In this document: positions 45,266-55,255 of the stretch, one piece after another | Layout of the letters: each line of letters starts with the position of its first letter | Position numbering within the stretch: position 1 is the stretch's first letter | Source of the DNA: Candidatus Bathyarchaeota archaeon | GTDB taxonomy: Archaea > Thermoproteota > Bathyarchaeia > Bathyarchaeales > DTEX01 | Length of the DNA stretch: 64,000 bases | NCBI GenBank assembly: GCA_963714275.1 | Contig: CAVQNT010000003.1 | Coordinates: 64,001-128,000, forward strand | Reading direction: 5' to 3' | Program-made: the position numbers and the translations under genes | Notes under the pieces: model-generated | What the model saw: only the letters and a program-made list of their open reading frames with translations | What the model was told of the DNA's origin: nothing | Database searches by the model: none

Positions 45266-45475
45266 ATCAATGTTTTGACTGGTAAACTGTCGAAAAGGCT
45301 TACACTTCCCATCATATAATCCTTAGCTATACAAGGCATAATCTATGAAGTGAACACAAATAGCAAAGTCCAAGATCTGTCTGTGATATAGGAAAATCAA
45401 GGTTTATTATTGATGTTATTCGACGAATGTAGAAATCACTGTCATCTGAGCAGTGTATAATTTGTTATTCCTATA

Positions 45476-45590
45476 TTTTGGACAAAATTTAATTTTTTTC
45501 TCTGTTTATTCTTCTCACGTGTGTTGTGTGTTGTGCGTTATCTGTTATACGCTCTCTAGCCACGATATAGAACAACAAAACAACCATTCT
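45476..45590 (+). repeat. Dispersed element copy G (degenerate)
   Basis: TTTTGGACAAAATTTAAT, T/C-rich stretch, (GTGTT)n, then AACAACAAAACAACC. Confidence 0.5.
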
Positions 45591-45707
45591 AAAATTTATT
45601 ACTTGCCATTCTTTTTCTTTTTATTTTCAAGCATCTTTTAATACGGTTAAAAAAAATTATAAGGTTCAACATGCACTAGACCAAACTCTAGACATATCTG
45701 GAGTGTT

Positions 45708-47189
45708 CTAGCCGGGCTTGCTACGTCTTCTCATTACGAAAAGCCCTACAATGACAGCAACAGCAGCAGCTGCTGCTCCAATTATCACGTACATTATTGG
45801 GAAGCCTTCTTCCAGTGGAGTCAGCGTGACAGTCGGGTCGAGGTGCACTGTTTCAATACTTGGAATTATTGTCGCAACATACTCTAGTCCTTGGTATTCA
45901 GGTTCATTGGACCAAAAATTAATTTGAAGTATGATGTTGTGGTCAGATCGTACCGTATGGGTTCCTGGTTGAGTGAATAAGTAATACGAATCGACCTGAA
46001 CCGTTTGAGTGAGACCATCGATTGTTAATTGGGTTTCCTCCTTTGCGAAGAAGTATGCCTCAACAAATGCTTCAGTGGGCAGATGAATCATGGTATCTTG
46101 GTTTGGTTGAATGCCGATAAACATAACTCCATTAGCATACCCCGTGTAAATTCCTCCTAAGGAGGAACGTGTTATTTCGATACTTCCGTTATGAATAAAC
46201 GTTAATGTGATTGGTTTGTCGCTCTGCACAGCAATGGCGTATGCTGTTGGCTGGACTGCAACGCCAGTTCCTCCTGTTACTGTAAACTTAGTCATCAATT
46301 GCTTGGTTTCAAGATCATACACTCTCACTTCAGTATCCTCAGAAGCTAATATTCGGTATCCGTAATCCCTTTGGTTGTCCCACCCCCATTCCCCCCTCAA
46401 CGACCTTGTTAAGAAGAATGTTCCCACAAAACCTCCTTCAGCAGAGGGAACGGGAAAACATGTACAATCACCACCTCCTACAGCTGGAATTGCGACTGAC
46501 TGAATCATAATATTGCCTGTAGACTCAAATTTAAAGACCCTAAAAGGACTCAATATTATATTTTTATACGAGTTGGCATCAAGAGGATATTGTTGTTCAT
46601 CCCCGTCATCTCTAGTCACAGTAACCCTTGTTTTTTCTAAAGCCAGCATTGTGTATTCAGCGTTGATTCCTTGGCTAGAACCCATCAAAACGAATTCCTT
46701 GCCAACATACATGCCATCTGTAGACAAATAGGAGCCACGTGGTAATGGTCCCTCTCTAGCAGTAGCATTAGGAATACTATGATAATTAAGAAGCAAAACA
46801 GAAACCTGCTTATCTGATACTACCTTGAAGACTGTGCCATTGGAAAGTAACACAAAATGTTTCTTCATGCTATTTATTGTTACTTCCGAAACAAGTCTAT
46901 CAAGCGTCAGGTCATAGACCATTACGTTTGTGTCGTCCTCTGCAACGCTAATCGCAATCAAGGAGGTATTACCAACTGAGCCTGTGTCAAGCCTCCAAAC
47001 TGAGTTACGATCGTTCGTATCAGTAAGATTAAATCTGTATATTTTAGATGGCACAACACCATAGTAAGTATAATCCGGGTTTCCTAATGATGGAAAGACA
47101 TGGAGATAAAATGGGTATATGAGGAAAATTGTGAGTATAGTCACAACCAAATAAAATAATTTAATTTGTAAGCCTTTCCAGAACTGCAA
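45708..47189 (-). CDS. Membrane-anchored surface protein (IgGFc-binding-like), paralog of 2-969
   Basis: N-terminal TM, repeated AxEDTxVxV and SDKxxxV/L motifs, C-terminal EGFP + TM + RRRSK. Confidence 0.75.
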   Translation of the reverse strand: MQFWKGLQIKLFYLVVTILTIFLIYPFYLHVFPSLGNPDYTYYGVVPSKIYRFNLTDTNDRNSVWRLDTGSVGNTSLIAISVAEDDTNVMVYDLTLDRLVSEVTINSMKKHFVLLSNGTVFKVVSDKQVSVLLLNYHSIPNATAREGPLPRGSYLSTDGMYVGKEFVLMGSSQGINAEYTMLALEKTRVTVTRDDGDEQQYPLDANSYKNIILSPFRVFKFESTGNIMIQSVAIPAVGGGDCTCFPVPSAEGGFVGTFFLTRSLRGEWGWDNQRDYGYRILASEDTEVRVYDLETKQLMTKFTVTGGTGVAVQPTAYAIAVQSDKPITLTFIHNGSIEITRSSLGGIYTGYANGVMFIGIQPNQDTMIHLPTEAFVEAYFFAKEETQLTIDGLTQTVQVDSYYLFTQPGTHTVRSDHNIILQINFWSNEPEYQGLEYVATIIPSIETVHLDPTVTLTPLEEGFPIMYVIIGAAAAAVAVIVGLFVMRRRSKPG

Positions 47190-47535
47190 AATTATACGCT
47201 CCTAAATATCCGAACATTATATATATTAATTTATGTTATATTTAATTATAATGTCTGTAACAATCACGAGGTTTTTCCATGAAGCTTCTATTAGAGTCCA
47301 ATCAAAAAATAACCTAGAATAAGCGGTACAGTCTTAAAAGTCACAGACTAATGAAGGCTTTTTGGTAATAACACTAAATGTTGTCGGTTACGGCTTCTAA
47401 TAGTGCTAAGAAGATAGGTGAGATGACTATTCAAGCGTTTAAAGACTTCTTCGCTGGTAGAAAAGTCAGGAATAACATCAATTTAACTGAATTTGGCATA
47501 GCTTAGATGCGAGAATCATTCAAGATCGTATAAGC

Positions 47536-48072
47536 TTAAAAAGAGAACTTCTTGCCAAACTCTTCTAGGTAAGCTATTTTTTCAAGTTTCTTTCTCGGTC
47601 TTATTAAGTGAACCACCTTAGCTGAAATGTCCAGTTTCTCTTTTGGGTAGCCCAAAGCTAAAAGCGCAATAACCTTCAGGTGACTGGGTAGTTTTAACAT
47701 TTCTCTAATTTCTTTTTCGTTGAAAACGCCTATCCAACATGTTCCTATTCCTTCGCCAGTGGCAGCGAGTACAAGGTTTTCCATTGCAATGCATGTTTCA
47801 CAGGCATACCAGCGTGGAGAAGCTTTCTGATCTCCGCATCCAACAATAACAACGGGCGAATCAGCTAAAAAATGACCATATCTGCATCCCTTAGCGATTT
47901 TTTTTCTTTTATCTGAATCTGTGACTATGATAAAACGCCAAGGCTGAACACTTCCTGCTGAAGGAGCCAGTCTAGCCGCATCTAAAATCTTTTTCAACTT
48001 TGCATGTGGAACCGGCGTAGACTCATAAGACCTAATTGATCTCCGGTTTTGAATAACTTCAAAAACATCCAA
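47536..48072 (-). CDS. Nitroreductase family protein
   Basis: RRSIRSY, APSAGSVQPW, GIGTCWIG, LGYP. Confidence 0.93.
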   Translation of the reverse strand: MDVFEVIQNRRSIRSYESTPVPHAKLKKILDAARLAPSAGSVQPWRFIIVTDSDKRKKIAKGCRYGHFLADSPVVIVGCGDQKASPRWYACETCIAMENLVLAATGEGIGTCWIGVFNEKEIREMLKLPSHLKVIALLALGYPKEKLDISAKVVHLIRPRKKLEKIAYLEEFGKKFSF

Positions 48073-48236
48073 CTTAATTCCCTCGATTATTCAGTGAGTT
48101 TGTAACTATTTGAAATCACCATCGACTCCCTATTTAAAAAATTTTATTAGCTCAGCTCACTGTAAATTAATCTTAAAACTTTTAATGCAAAGATACCAAT
48201 ATAATGGCAAACTGCTTAAGAAAAAGTTGACCAATC

Positions 48237-49482
48237 TTGAATAGACCTGATGTTTACTACATTGAGGCACATGTACCAATTGAATATATTCCACAGGTCC
48301 CCTCCAAAAAATGGTACACATACAGCCTGATATATCAAACAAAAGAGCTTGCAGGAAAAATTTTGTTAGATACTATTAAACCGGGAGACACTGTTGCCAT
48401 TAAAACACATTTTGGTGAACGATACTCTCAATATTACATTAGACCAGCCTATGTAAGGAAGGTAGCTGATAAAATTAGGGAATTAGGTGGAAAACCCTTC
48501 GTGTGTGACACGCTTTTTTCTGGTATGGCTGTAGAGAGAGATGAAGCAGACGAACCCTTCCTGACCAGGAGATCTCTTGAAGAGGGTCTAGAAACTGCAG
48601 CTATGAATGGTTTCACCCGTGAAACTATGGGGTGTCCAGTCTTCTTTGCAGATGCTCCAAAGGGATTAAGATCAATAAAACATCCCTTTAATGGGACATA
48701 CATCAAAGAGGTTTTTATCGCTTCAGTTATCGCTGAGGCTGATGTCCTATTGAGCCTGGCGCATTTTAAGGCTCATGACTGTATGTCAGTGGGCGGAACT
48801 CTCAAGAATATCGGTGTGGGTTGCTCAGCTAAACAGGGAAAATGGTGGATTCACCACAGTTCTAAGCTTAAGTGTGGACTTGAAAAAATGCACAGAATGC
48901 GGCGAATGCGTATCTTATTGCCCAGTGGACGCAATAGAGATGGTTCAGGGAAAAGCCCATATTATTCCAGAGAAATGTATCGACTGCGCTGGCTGCATCG
49001 ACCATTGTAAATCTGCTGCATTTATTAGTAGGACATTTCCAACCATAGAGGAACAAGAGGCTAGAATCGCTGAAACTGCTACTGGCATCATTCAGTATTT
49101 TAAAGGTAAAGTAGCATTCATCAACTTAGCTGTTGACATTGTGCCCCTTTGCGACTGCGATCCCTTCCAAGGAGTTCCAATAGTTCCAGACCTAGGCGTA
49201 CTAGCATCAAAAGACCCAGTGGCTATCGATAGGGCATGCATAGACCTTGTAAACAACTCCTCAGGCATCCCTAACTCAATGGCTGAGGCTGCAGGTGTGC
49301 TGAAGCCTGGAGTAGAAAAACTTAACACCATCGCTAAAATGAGGTGGAAGGCTACGCCTGGAGCAACTCATGTGACACCGGACTGGAGGGTCATGCTTGA
49401 TACAGCTGAGAAGGTTGGACTTGGAACTCAACATTACAATTTAATTAAAATAAATTTTGGCTATCCTCCAAAGAAATCATGA
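48237..49482 (+). CDS. DUF362 protein with 2x[4Fe-4S] domain; frameshift ~48868
   Basis: VAIKTHFGE, HFKAH, GGTLKNIGVGC, CTECGECVSYCP / CIDCAGCIDHC, CDC..DLGVLASKDPVAID. Confidence 0.88.
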
Positions 49483-49628
49483 AATGTCTCAAGGTTACGG
49501 AAAACATTTTAACTAAAAGTGATCCAGGCCATTAAATTAATAAGATTTTTATAATTGGCGCCTTTTTGAGTGTATAAAAATCATCGTTTGGTGGAATTGA
49601 ACTGAGCAAAGTATATTTCCTTAAGGCA

Positions 49629-50537
49629 TTGAGATCCCGATATGACCAATCGGAAAGCTTAGTAAATAAGCTTCCTGAGCTGTTGGAAAAATCGGGAATA
49701 AATGATATTATTGCCAAAAAAAACTTGGTCGCCATTAAGATGCACATAGGTGTCATCGGTGGATATAGAACCATTCGACCTCAATTCGTAAGGAAAATGG
49801 TAGACACAATTAAACAATGCGGGGGAAGTCCATTTATAACTGACACTTGGGGGATAGGGCACATAGAGGCTGCATTCTACAATGGATACAGTTACGCAAC
49901 GGTTAATGCACCAGTACTACCAGCAAACGGAATCAAGGAGAACGATTACAGAATAGTAAAGTTAGACGATGGATTCCACTTGAAGGAGGTTAAAGTTGCA
50001 GGAAACATTTACGACGCCGATGTTCTCATCAACTTTGCACATGGCAAGGGGCATGGATCATGTGGTTATGCTGGTGCCATAAAAAATTTAGCTTTAGGTG
50101 GCACAACAGGAGATATAAGAAGTAAAGAACATGCTTTAGAAAGAACAGAGGAAGGCGCCAGAAAATTCCAAGAAGCCATGGTGGATGTCAATAAGGCGGT
50201 TCTAAGCAACAAGAAAGACAAGGCTTTACATATTGCATGGCTATTCGACATCGTTGAACACTGCGATTGCACCCCCTTTGGAATGGTTCCTTTCCTTCCC
50301 GATTTGGGCATACTTGCCTCAAAAGACATAGTAGCCTTAGAGAAGGCTAGCATAGATCTTATAAACAAAGCTCCTCCATTACCATGGTCAATTGCAGATA
50401 AATTTAACATTGAAGCTGGAGACAACAAGTTCCTAAAAATCCACGGCAAAGATCCTTACATCCAAGTCTACGCTGCTGAAAAGGCGGGTTTAGGCACAAC
50501 CCAGTATGAGATCATTGAGTCTGTAAAAGGCTTATGA
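49629..50537 (+). CDS. DUF362 protein without the ferredoxin insert
   Basis: VAIKMHIG, HGKGH, GAIKNLALG, CDC..DLGILASKD. Start may lie a few codons upstream. Confidence 0.85.
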   Translation: MRSRYDQSESLVNKLPELLEKSGINDIIAKKNLVAIKMHIGVIGGYRTIRPQFVRKMVDTIKQCGGSPFITDTWGIGHIEAAFYNGYSYATVNAPVLPANGIKENDYRIVKLDDGFHLKEVKVAGNIYDADVLINFAHGKGHGSCGYAGAIKNLALGGTTGDIRSKEHALERTEEGARKFQEAMVDVNKAVLSNKKDKALHIAWLFDIVEHCDCTPFGMVPFLPDLGILASKDIVALEKASIDLINKAPPLPWSIADKFNIEAGDNKFLKIHGKDPYIQVYAAEKAGLGTTQYEIIESVKGL

Positions 50538-51477
50538 AATACGAAACTTCTTCTATTGATATAGGGGGATTAAGGTTGAACCCTTTGGTTCTATGTTTGG
50601 ACATAAGTGAAAGTATGACCTACGGTGAACCATGGAAGATTAACCAAGCATTCACCATGATAGTAAAGACCATACAGAGCTTGAGCCAAGACAAACAGGT
50701 AGGATTGGTCACCTTCGACGTAACATCTGAAGTTTTGCTGGATCTGCAGCCATTAAACAAAGAAACAATTACTACCGAACTTAGTAAAATAGTGCCCAGA
50801 GGAGTCAGCTGCATAACGGCTGGATTGGCTGAGGCTGTCAACCTAATTAAAAAAAACGATAAGTTTGGTGAAGTTCTCCTATTAACTGATGGTCGAGTAA
50901 ACTTATCCAAGAATCAGATGGAAGGATTTGAAGGCAGCATAGACTTAGAGAAGGAACTCCTAAAGATATCAAGGGATGCTGCGCAAGAACAAATCACGGT
51001 TCATTCAGTCGCTGTCGGTGAAGACGCCTTTTCGGGAACTTTGTCCAATATTGCTAAAACAACTCGTGGCTGTTACTGGCTGGCAGAAGATTACCCTGGA
51101 CTTAGCATAGGAACATCATGGCCTTCGAGAGTTTTAGAGAGGTATGAGCTAAGTGTTCACAGTTCTCCAGTTGAGTGCCTTCAGCTCAGCCTACCTGGAC
51201 AAAAGAATCCCAGTTTATGCATGTTGCGGTTGTCTCTCAAAGCTTTTATGATATCTATTTAGGACACCATAAAGCGTTTCTAATTAACGCAGGCAAAGAG
51301 AGAGAAGCAAGAACTGCTTTGATCTCCATCGATTCTGATAAGCTGGCTGGTTACAGAGAGAGAAATCCTAAGATAGCGGAGAGGGTCAAAACTGGAAAAG
51401 CTGCACTTCTCGACAAAAGCTACCGTGACTATCTAAACTTGAGTAAAGGTAGTCTCATTGAACTTAATATTTACTAA
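50534..51477 (+). CDS. von Willebrand A domain protein with small C-terminal domain; frameshift ~51175
   Basis: MIDAS motif LDISESM, LLTDG. Overlaps the upstream stop (ATGA). Confidence 0.8.
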
Positions 51478-51496
51478 AAGCCCACCAGTAGTCAGC

Positions 51497-51540
51497 CAAT
51501 AAAATTTAATTTTCTCTCTCTTCTTCTCGCGCGCGCACTC
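51497..51540 (+). repeat. Dispersed element copy H (short)
   Basis: AATAAAATTTAAT-TTTCTCTCTCTTCTTCT-CGCGCGCGC. Confidence 0.5.
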
Positions 51541-51711
51541 GGAATTTCCGTTCATAGAGAAAAGCCTAGAGAAGTTTCTAGAGAATTTTATTTTAGGGAA
51601 GAAAAGGCTGAAGCTAAGACTTGTAAGTTTGAATGGATAGAGGTTAAGGGTCGCCCTCAGATGCGTTACCGTGACCTTAAGACGGGTCGTTTCATAAGAA
51701 AGCCTGAATAA
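51541..51711 (+). pseudogene. Start-less coding remnant
   Basis: Open frame ...KFEWIEVKGRPQMRYRDLKTGRFIRKPE* beginning directly at element H. Confidence 0.35.
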
Positions 51712-51770
51712 TGAATTCCAAAAAGGAATTTATTTGAAGATCTTAATAAAAATTTATAGCTAACTAGCTT

Positions 51771-52343
51771 CTATGTTGTTAATGGAGTAAAGTTTTTTTC
51801 ATGCATTAATATTTTGGATATTTTTATTTCAGCAAAAAATTCTCTTTTCGCTTTGCATATTGGGCAAATGTACGGCGGCTCTTCGCGGAAAACCACGTAA
51901 CCGCACTGTTTACAGTACCAGAATTTGAGTTTCGAACTTGAAATCCCTTTGTTCAATATGCCAAGTGTATCAATTGGTTTTTCAGTAACTGCCATGTTTA
52001 TTCCATGATCTCTGGATTGTTTTTCAATAGGTCGACGTTCAGGGATAGGCATTATGGGAGTTTTGTCTTCAAAGACATCTTTTCTGACGTAAAGTGCGCA
52101 ATAGCAGTATCCGAACTCAAGAACATCGATATCGCGGTAGTCGCAGGGACACATTATGTCTCTGTCAAACTCAAACTTTCCAGAGGCAAGCCTGCATGGG
52201 CATGAAGGATAACCATAACGTTCTTCATTTTTTTTAAGTCCTTCGAGAAGGTCTGCTAGAAATTCAGAGTCAGGGTTCAGGAAATAGCCATGGGTTTTTG
52301 CATCGCTTTCTGCCCTTCGCCGCACTTTTTCAAATTCTGTCAA
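51771..52343 (-). CDS. Ferredoxin:thioredoxin reductase catalytic subunit fused to a rubredoxin-like domain
   Basis: CPCR, CPC, CYC (FTR cluster/disulfide motifs) plus WYCKQCGY..PPYICPIC. Confidence 0.9.
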   Translation of the reverse strand: MTEFEKVRRRAESDAKTHGYFLNPDSEFLADLLEGLKKNEERYGYPSCPCRLASGKFEFDRDIMCPCDYRDIDVLEFGYCYCALYVRKDVFEDKTPIMPIPERRPIEKQSRDHGINMAVTEKPIDTLGILNKGISSSKLKFWYCKQCGYVVFREEPPYICPICKAKREFFAEIKISKILMHEKNFTPLTT

Positions 52344-52624
52344 ATTTCTAAAACCTCTCTTAGCCTATCTTCATAGAAACCATTCATTAAATTCTTATTA
52401 TCAATGATTATGACGGGATAGCTAGGCCTTCCACCCTTATTTCGAATGTCTTTCTCAATTTTTTCCCAATCTTCATTACTACATAAATCTACATCTATGT
52501 ACTCATATTCAAAGTTACTTTTTTTAAGGAATTTCTTTAACATTTTGCACCATGCGCACGTACTCAACGTGTACAATAGAATCTTATGTTTTTGGTTTCT
52601 GCCTGAAACTTTTATGGTATTCAT
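52340..52624 (-). CDS. Glutaredoxin/NrdH-like redoxin
   Basis: LSTCAWC, SYPVIII, GF. Overlaps the FTR start. Confidence 0.9.
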   Translation of the reverse strand: MNTIKVSGRNQKHKILLYTLSTCAWCKMLKKFLKKSNFEYEYIDVDLCSNEDWEKIEKDIRNKGGRPSYPVIIIDNKNLMNGFYEDRLREVLEI

Positions 52625-52821
52625 CTTTTAAACAGACTCTTTCCACAAGCTGGCAATGCCGCATATATTTCTTTCTTCAATACATTAAGACATACAAGAT
52701 GTTCTAATATATTGGTCCTTATAGAGAAGACGTTAAATTGGTTTTTAACACCTCTTAGGGAATTCTCAGACTTTGAAGAGTAAAATTTCTAACTTATAGT
52801 TCATTGCTATTGCACTTTGGA

Positions 52822-52965
52822 TTTTGGGATTAAAAATTAGTCTTTTTCTTCTTCTTACTTACTCTTACTTACATACTCTTCCGCTTCTGTTTACTCGGTA
52901 TATCGTGTGTATCGTATATCACACAAAAAAACAAACACAAACAACCAAAAACAAAAAGCTGACAA
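52822..52965 (+). repeat. Dispersed element copy I
   Basis: TTTTGGGATTAAAAATTAGTC, (CTT)n/(CTTA)n, TATATC repeats, (CAAA)n, AGCTGAC. Confidence 0.6.
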
Positions 52966-53366
52966 AAAATACTTAGAAGAGTAGGGAATAAATAAGAATT
53001 TAAAAAAATATGTAAATTTCTATTGGATAGCTCATCCTATTTATAGAGATATATATAGGAAAGACACTGTGCCATATTTCTTTATGTTAAAAAGTTTGAA
53101 GAACAAGAAATTTGTTAAACTAAAAAATAACAAAAACAAGCGGTGATAATAGGATTTGAGTAAACTTGCTTTCATCATTTTCTTTCCGCTTTTTCTTTAT
53201 TTCAGACTAGTCTTCTGGTTAGCTAGTAGAATGTGAACGAGTAAACCCTAATGACACAAGTTTCGTGTCTTTTTAACATGTTTTGTGATGCTTCTTCCAC
53301 ACATGAGTGTATGAGCATGAAACATAGAATAAATAAAAGTTATTAGACTAATAATATGTGTTTTAG

Positions 53367-53672
53367 GTGGCGACAGTCATGGTTACATGTACGAAATGTG
53401 GCGTAAAAAATGAAGATGAAGCAAAGTTCTGCATCAACTGTGGAGCTAATTTGCATGGTGGGGAAAGAAGATATGAAAGAAGCAGAGACGAATGCTTTGG
53501 GCTTCCTAATAGTGGCGCAATTGTGGGCATAGTTTTTGGATTACTAATCATTTTCTGGGGGCTATCAACGTTCTTCAATTTGGAAATTAATATTATGGCG
53601 ATCCTAGTGATCATTTTTGGTATACTCATTGTAGCAGGTGCCATCTATAGATTGATTCGAAGAAAGGTATAG
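53367..53672 (+). CDS. Zinc-ribbon + two-TM protein
   Basis: CTKCG..AKFCINCG followed by two hydrophobic helices. Confidence 0.8.
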   Translation: MATVMVTCTKCGVKNEDEAKFCINCGANLHGGERRYERSRDECFGLPNSGAIVGIVFGLLIIFWGLSTFFNLEINIMAILVIIFGILIVAGAIYRLIRRKV

Positions 53673-53959
53673 ATTTTTAGTTTGGGTTTGGGGACAAGCA
53701 TTCGCTGATACCATTCCATAGTTCAATCAACAGACTCGACTATGAAAGTCGCATACATCCCCCTTTTTGGCAACTAATTTTACTTTTCTGACATTTCAAT
53801 GAAAGCCTATATGAAAAAAACGTAATGAGAAAAGTCCATTTCAGAAGCCACAAACGAAAAACTCGCAAAAGTCATCAGTCGACTAGCAATACTAGCTCAG
53901 ACTAAAATCTACTGCCATGGCGTAACCCTTCACTCAGAAAAAATGGTTAAATCTGTTTT

Positions 53960-55054
53960 TTAGGGTATCTTGGCTTTTGGTCCGATCATGCCAGTTTCGA
54001 GCATAGAGATGAAAGGAGAATCTTCGATGTCAAGAGGCAGATAGATTCTTGCCCGTCTTCGGCTGGACTCGTAAGTGGCGAAAATTAGCTCTGTTGTTTG
54101 AAGGGCTTTTCTTCCGCTTATGACGGGTTCTCTGCCTGTCTTCAAACAGTCAACTAGGTCTCTAACAGCCAACACGTCTTCCATCTGCTCGCTGCTCTTG
54201 TACGGGTAAAGATCGCCAGAAGCATACCTGAGCTCAGGAGTCAACCAGCCCTTCGAATCCTCAGTTAAGACCCGAAGCAGTGGACCTTCCTTCTTTTCTC
54301 CCCAGATCTTGTGGTCCCAGAACATGTCCATCTCAATGATGCCTTTGCTGCCGATCAGCCTGTTTGCGCACCATCCTCCGGTGTCGCGTCCCGTGACCAT
54401 GAGCCCGCAGACCCCGTTTTTCCATTTCACGTAGGACAGCCCGTTGGTTTCGATGGGCACACCGAATATTGTATATGGCTTTTCCCATTCGTAGCTGAGC
54501 TGGCCCATAACCCAATCCGCAGGCTCGTCGTTATTATAGAAATTGAACATGTCAAACCAGTGCGTGCCCCAGTCGTAAAGGTTGTGGCAGTAACCCTCAA
54601 CCCTGTGCAGCTGCCCAATCGTGCCGTTGTTCGCCAGCTCACGAGCCTTAACGAAGAGCGGAGCAAACCTGCGCTGGTGAGAAACCGCAAGCATAACCTT
54701 GCCGTCCACGCACGACTGGTAAAGCTTCTTGGACTCACCCCACGTGGGAGCAAGAGGCTTCTCGAGAAAGACGGCTTTGACTCCAGCCTCGACACTGTCC
54801 ACCACCATCTGAGCGTGCGTCCCAGGCCAAGTACACACGCTGACTATGTCGGGCTTCTCATTCTTGAGCATCAGCTTATGGTCAGTGTAAACCTTGGACT
54901 CTGGAAGGTTCTGTTCCTTCGCCAGCGCGTCAGCATTCTCATTCTTTATGTCCATGCAAGCCACAACCTTGGCTTCCGAATTAACGGCGTAGGCTCTTGC
55001 GTGACATTTGCCGCGATTGCCTGAACCGATAATGGCAACTTTAAAACCCTTCAT
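53960..55054 (-). CDS. Gfo/Idh/MocA family oxidoreductase
   Basis: IIGSGNRG, LEKP, SHQRRF, DWGTHWFD. Probable start MKGFKV at 55054. Confidence 0.9.
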   Translation of the reverse strand: MKGFKVAIIGSGNRGKCHARAYAVNSEAKVVACMDIKNENADALAKEQNLPESKVYTDHKLMLKNEKPDIVSVCTWPGTHAQMVVDSVEAGVKAVFLEKPLAPTWGESKKLYQSCVDGKVMLAVSHQRRFAPLFVKARELANNGTIGQLHRVEGYCHNLYDWGTHWFDMFNFYNNDEPADWVMGQLSYEWEKPYTIFGVPIETNGLSYVKWKNGVCGLMVTGRDTGGWCANRLIGSKGIIEMDMFWDHKIWGEKKEGPLLRVLTEDSKGWLTPELRYASGDLYPYKSSEQMEDVLAVRDLVDCLKTGREPVISGRKALQTTELIFATYESSRRRARIYLPLDIEDSPFISMLETGMIGPKAKIP

Positions 55055-55255
55055 ACTGGAATCCACCGTTTTGCCCCTTAATGTCCACGAAAAAGGATAT
55101 AATACCATCGCCCAGACAAGACACTCACGATTTATGACAGGAAAAACCAATGTAAAAAAAGATGCAAAAACTTCAACGAAAAAACATAGTATTATAAAAA
55201 AGAATATGTTACCCTTTTTCTGAAACTTCTTTCTTATGATCCTTCAAAATTGTTT

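Noticed and set aside
54311-55024. Long antisense ORFs (also 14072-14635, 39297-39770, 62444-62830)
   Set aside because: They shadow well-supported genes on the opposite strand and show no motifs.
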